From Candidatus Rokuibacteriota bacterium (lineage in GTDB: Bacteria; Methylomirabilota; Methylomirabilia; Rokubacteriales; CSP1-6), in the NCBI GenBank assembly GCA_003221655.1, contig QHSV01000236.1, positions 1,041 through 65,040 of the forward strand: a DNA stretch of 64,000 bases. The letters run 5' to 3'. Positions 61,958 to 64,000 of this stretch are shown here, piece after piece. The translations under genes were made by a program, and so were the position numbers. The notes under the pieces were generated by a model. The model worked only from the letters and a program-made list of their open reading frames with translations. It was not told the DNA's origin and did no database searches. Positions within the stretch are counted from its first letter, which is position 1; every line of letters begins with the position of its first letter.

Positions 61958-63130
61958 ATGAACGTCGCCCCGCGGATGGCCCGGCTCGGAACCGAGTCCG
62001 CGTTCGAGGTGCTGGCCCGCGCGCGGCAGCTCGAGCGCGCCGGCCGCGAAATCATTCACCTGGAAATCGGCGAGCCGGACTTCGACACGCCGGCGCATAT
62101 CAAGGAGGCCGCAAAGCAGGCGCTCGACGCGGGGGCGACGCACTACGGCCCGTCGGCGGGGCTGCCGGAGCTTCGCGAGGCGATCGCCAAGCACGTCGCC
62201 GAGACGCGTGGCGTTCCGGTCTCGCCCGAGGAAGTTGTCGTCACGCCGGGCGCCAAGCCGATCATGTTCTTCACGATCATGGCCCTGATCGGCGATGGCG
62301 ATGAGGTGATCCACCCGAATCCTGGATTTCCGATCTACGAGTCCGTCATCAATTTCGTCGGCGGCGTCCCGGTGCCGATTCCGCTTCGCGAGGACAGCGG
62401 CTTTGGATTCGATCTCGAGCTGTTCGAGCGCCGCGTCTCGTCGAAGACGAAGCTGATCGTCATCAACTCACCGGAGAATCCCACCGGCGGCGTGCTCGAC
62501 CGTGACCAGCTCGAACGCATCGCGGCGATCGCCGTCACGCGGAAGATCCCGGTGCTGACCGACGAGATCTACCGGCAGTTCCTCTACGAGGGTGACTTCG
62601 CCTCGATCATGGGCCTGCCGGGGATGCGAGACCAGACCATCCTGCTCGACGGCTTCTCGAAGTCGTATGCGATGACCGGCTGGCGCCTCGGCTACGGCGT
62701 GATGCCGCCGCCCCTCGCCGAGCACGTGGCGCGGCTCATGGTGAACTCGAACTCCTGCACGGCCTCGTTCGTGCAGCTCGCCGGCATCGCGGCGCTCCAG
62801 GGCGATCAGACGCCGGTCGCCCGCATGGTGGCCGAGTTCAAGCGCCGGCGCGACCTGCTCGTGGACGGCCTCAACCAGCTGCCCGGCGTTCGATGCGCCC
62901 GACCGCGCGGCGCCTTTTACGTGTTCCCGAACATCACGGGGACCCGCCGGCCGTCGGCCGAGGTCGCCGAGCGGCTCCTGACCGAGGCCGGCGTGGCGGC
63001 GCTGTCGGGCGCGGCGTTCGGCGCTCACGGTGAGGGATATCTCCGGTTCTCGTACGCGAACTCGGAGGCCAATTTGCGCCTGGCGCTCGAGCGCATGCGG
63101 CCGGTGTTCGAGGGCTTCGCGAGGACATGA
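61958..63130 (+). CDS. class I/II PLP aminotransferase (aspartate aminotransferase-like)
   Basis: IGEPDFDTP, NSPENPTG, DEIY, GFSKSYAMTGWRLG. AAGGAG RBS. Confidence 0.94.
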   Translation: MNVAPRMARLGTESAFEVLARARQLERAGREIIHLEIGEPDFDTPAHIKEAAKQALDAGATHYGPSAGLPELREAIAKHVAETRGVPVSPEEVVVTPGAKPIMFFTIMALIGDGDEVIHPNPGFPIYESVINFVGGVPVPIPLREDSGFGFDLELFERRVSSKTKLIVINSPENPTGGVLDRDQLERIAAIAVTRKIPVLTDEIYRQFLYEGDFASIMGLPGMRDQTILLDGFSKSYAMTGWRLGYGVMPPPLAEHVARLMVNSNSCTASFVQLAGIAALQGDQTPVARMVAEFKRRRDLLVDGLNQLPGVRCARPRGAFYVFPNITGTRRPSAEVAERLLTEAGVAALSGAAFGAHGEGYLRFSYANSEANLRLALERMRPVFEGFART

Positions 63131-63152
63131 CGGCGGCCGAGCCCCGGTCGGC

Positions 63153-64000
63153 GTGAGCCGGAGTACCGTCGCCGACGTCGTCGTCGACGGCTTGAAGCGG
63201 GCCGGCACGCCGCGGCTCTTCGGCGTGGCGGGTCTTGAAACGAACCTCCCGCTGCTCGAGGCGGCGCGCGAGGGCGAGCTGCCGCTGACGCTCGCGTCCG
63301 GGGAGACCGCCGCGTGCATCATGGCCGCGGTCACCGGCGATCTCGTCGAGGCGCCGGGCGCGGTGGTCGTGGGATCCGGCCGCGGCGTCGCGGCGGCCCT
63401 CGCCGGCATCGCCCAGGCGCGCGTGGACCGCGCGCCGATGATCGTCTTGACCGACGACCACCACGGGGACATCGGCGCCTGCAAGGCGAGCCTCAGCGTA
63501 GCGGCAGAGTCGGCGGCGCAATGGATCGCGCACGCGACGCGGCTGGCCGCCACCGAGCCACGGGGTCCGGTGCATCTCGAAATCCGACCCGAGGTCGCAC
63601 GTCAGCCGGCACTGCTCGTCGCGACGTCGTGCCGGCCGGATCCGCTGCCCGCGCCCGATCCCGGCGCGCTCGACGCGGCGGCCCGACTGCTCGCCGTCGC
63701 GTCTCGCCCGCTGCTCGTCGCAGGACTACATTGCCGCTCGACCAGCGTCCAGCCGTGGGTCCGTGCGCTCGCGGAGGCGCTGCCCGCGCCCGTGCTGGTG
63801 ACGCGCAGGGCCAAGGGCGCGCTGCCGGACCCGCACCCGCTGATGCTGGGCACTCTCGGCGGTGACGGCGCCGACGAGCAGTTGCTGAAGCGTGCGGATC
63901 TCATCGTCGAGCTCGGGCTCGACGCGCTCGAGCTCGTTCAGGCACCCTGGTGGTCGACGGTCACCGTGCTCAGCGTCGGGCCGCCGGAGGCGCTGGGCGA
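63153..64000 (+). CDS. thiamine-diphosphate-binding enzyme (acetolactate-synthase-like), 3'-partial
   Basis: STVADVVVDGLKRAG..RLFGV, ETAACIMA, DRAPMIVLT, GPVHLE, KGALPDPHP, ADLIV. Runs off the window end. Confidence 0.8.
   Translation, partial: MSRSTVADVVVDGLKRAGTPRLFGVAGLETNLPLLEAAREGELPLTLASGETAACIMAAVTGDLVEAPGAVVVGSGRGVAAALAGIAQARVDRAPMIVLTDDHHGDIGACKASLSVAAESAAQWIAHATRLAATEPRGPVHLEIRPEVARQPALLVATSCRPDPLPAPDPGALDAAARLLAVASRPLLVAGLHCRSTSVQPWVRALAEALPAPVLVTRRAKGALPDPHPLMLGTLGGDGADEQLLKRADLIVELGLDALELVQAPWWSTVTVLSVGPPEALG

Overview
High-GC bacterial window. Gene content and style resemble Candidatus Rokubacteria/Methylomirabilota, but this is inference only. It is mostly catabolic and transport genes: a B12 acyl-CoA mutase/ilvE/acyl-CoA dehydrogenase operon, NitT/TauT, Dpp and three Liv-type ABC systems (two coupled to acyl-CoA ligases), four crotonase-family enzymes, transaldolase, uvrA, pyk and a six-GAF hybrid kinase. 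I saw no rRNA, tRNA, CRISPR array or transposase. The main signals missed by the ORF track are: (1) two probable selenoproteins with in-frame UGA in UxxC motifs and SECIS-like hairpins, namely a membrane-anchored AhpC/TSA-like protein (44804-45538, -) and a glutaredoxin(Sec)-DinB fusion (58622-59401, +); (2) a dispersed ~70-80 bp intergenic repeat family (4 copies, GTAG-type ends) and a second 2-copy family; (3) three deletion-type gene remnants, each next to one of these repeats; (4) a sigma54-type promoter ahead of a small His/Cys protein; (5) a tandem pair of unknown exported membrane proteins.
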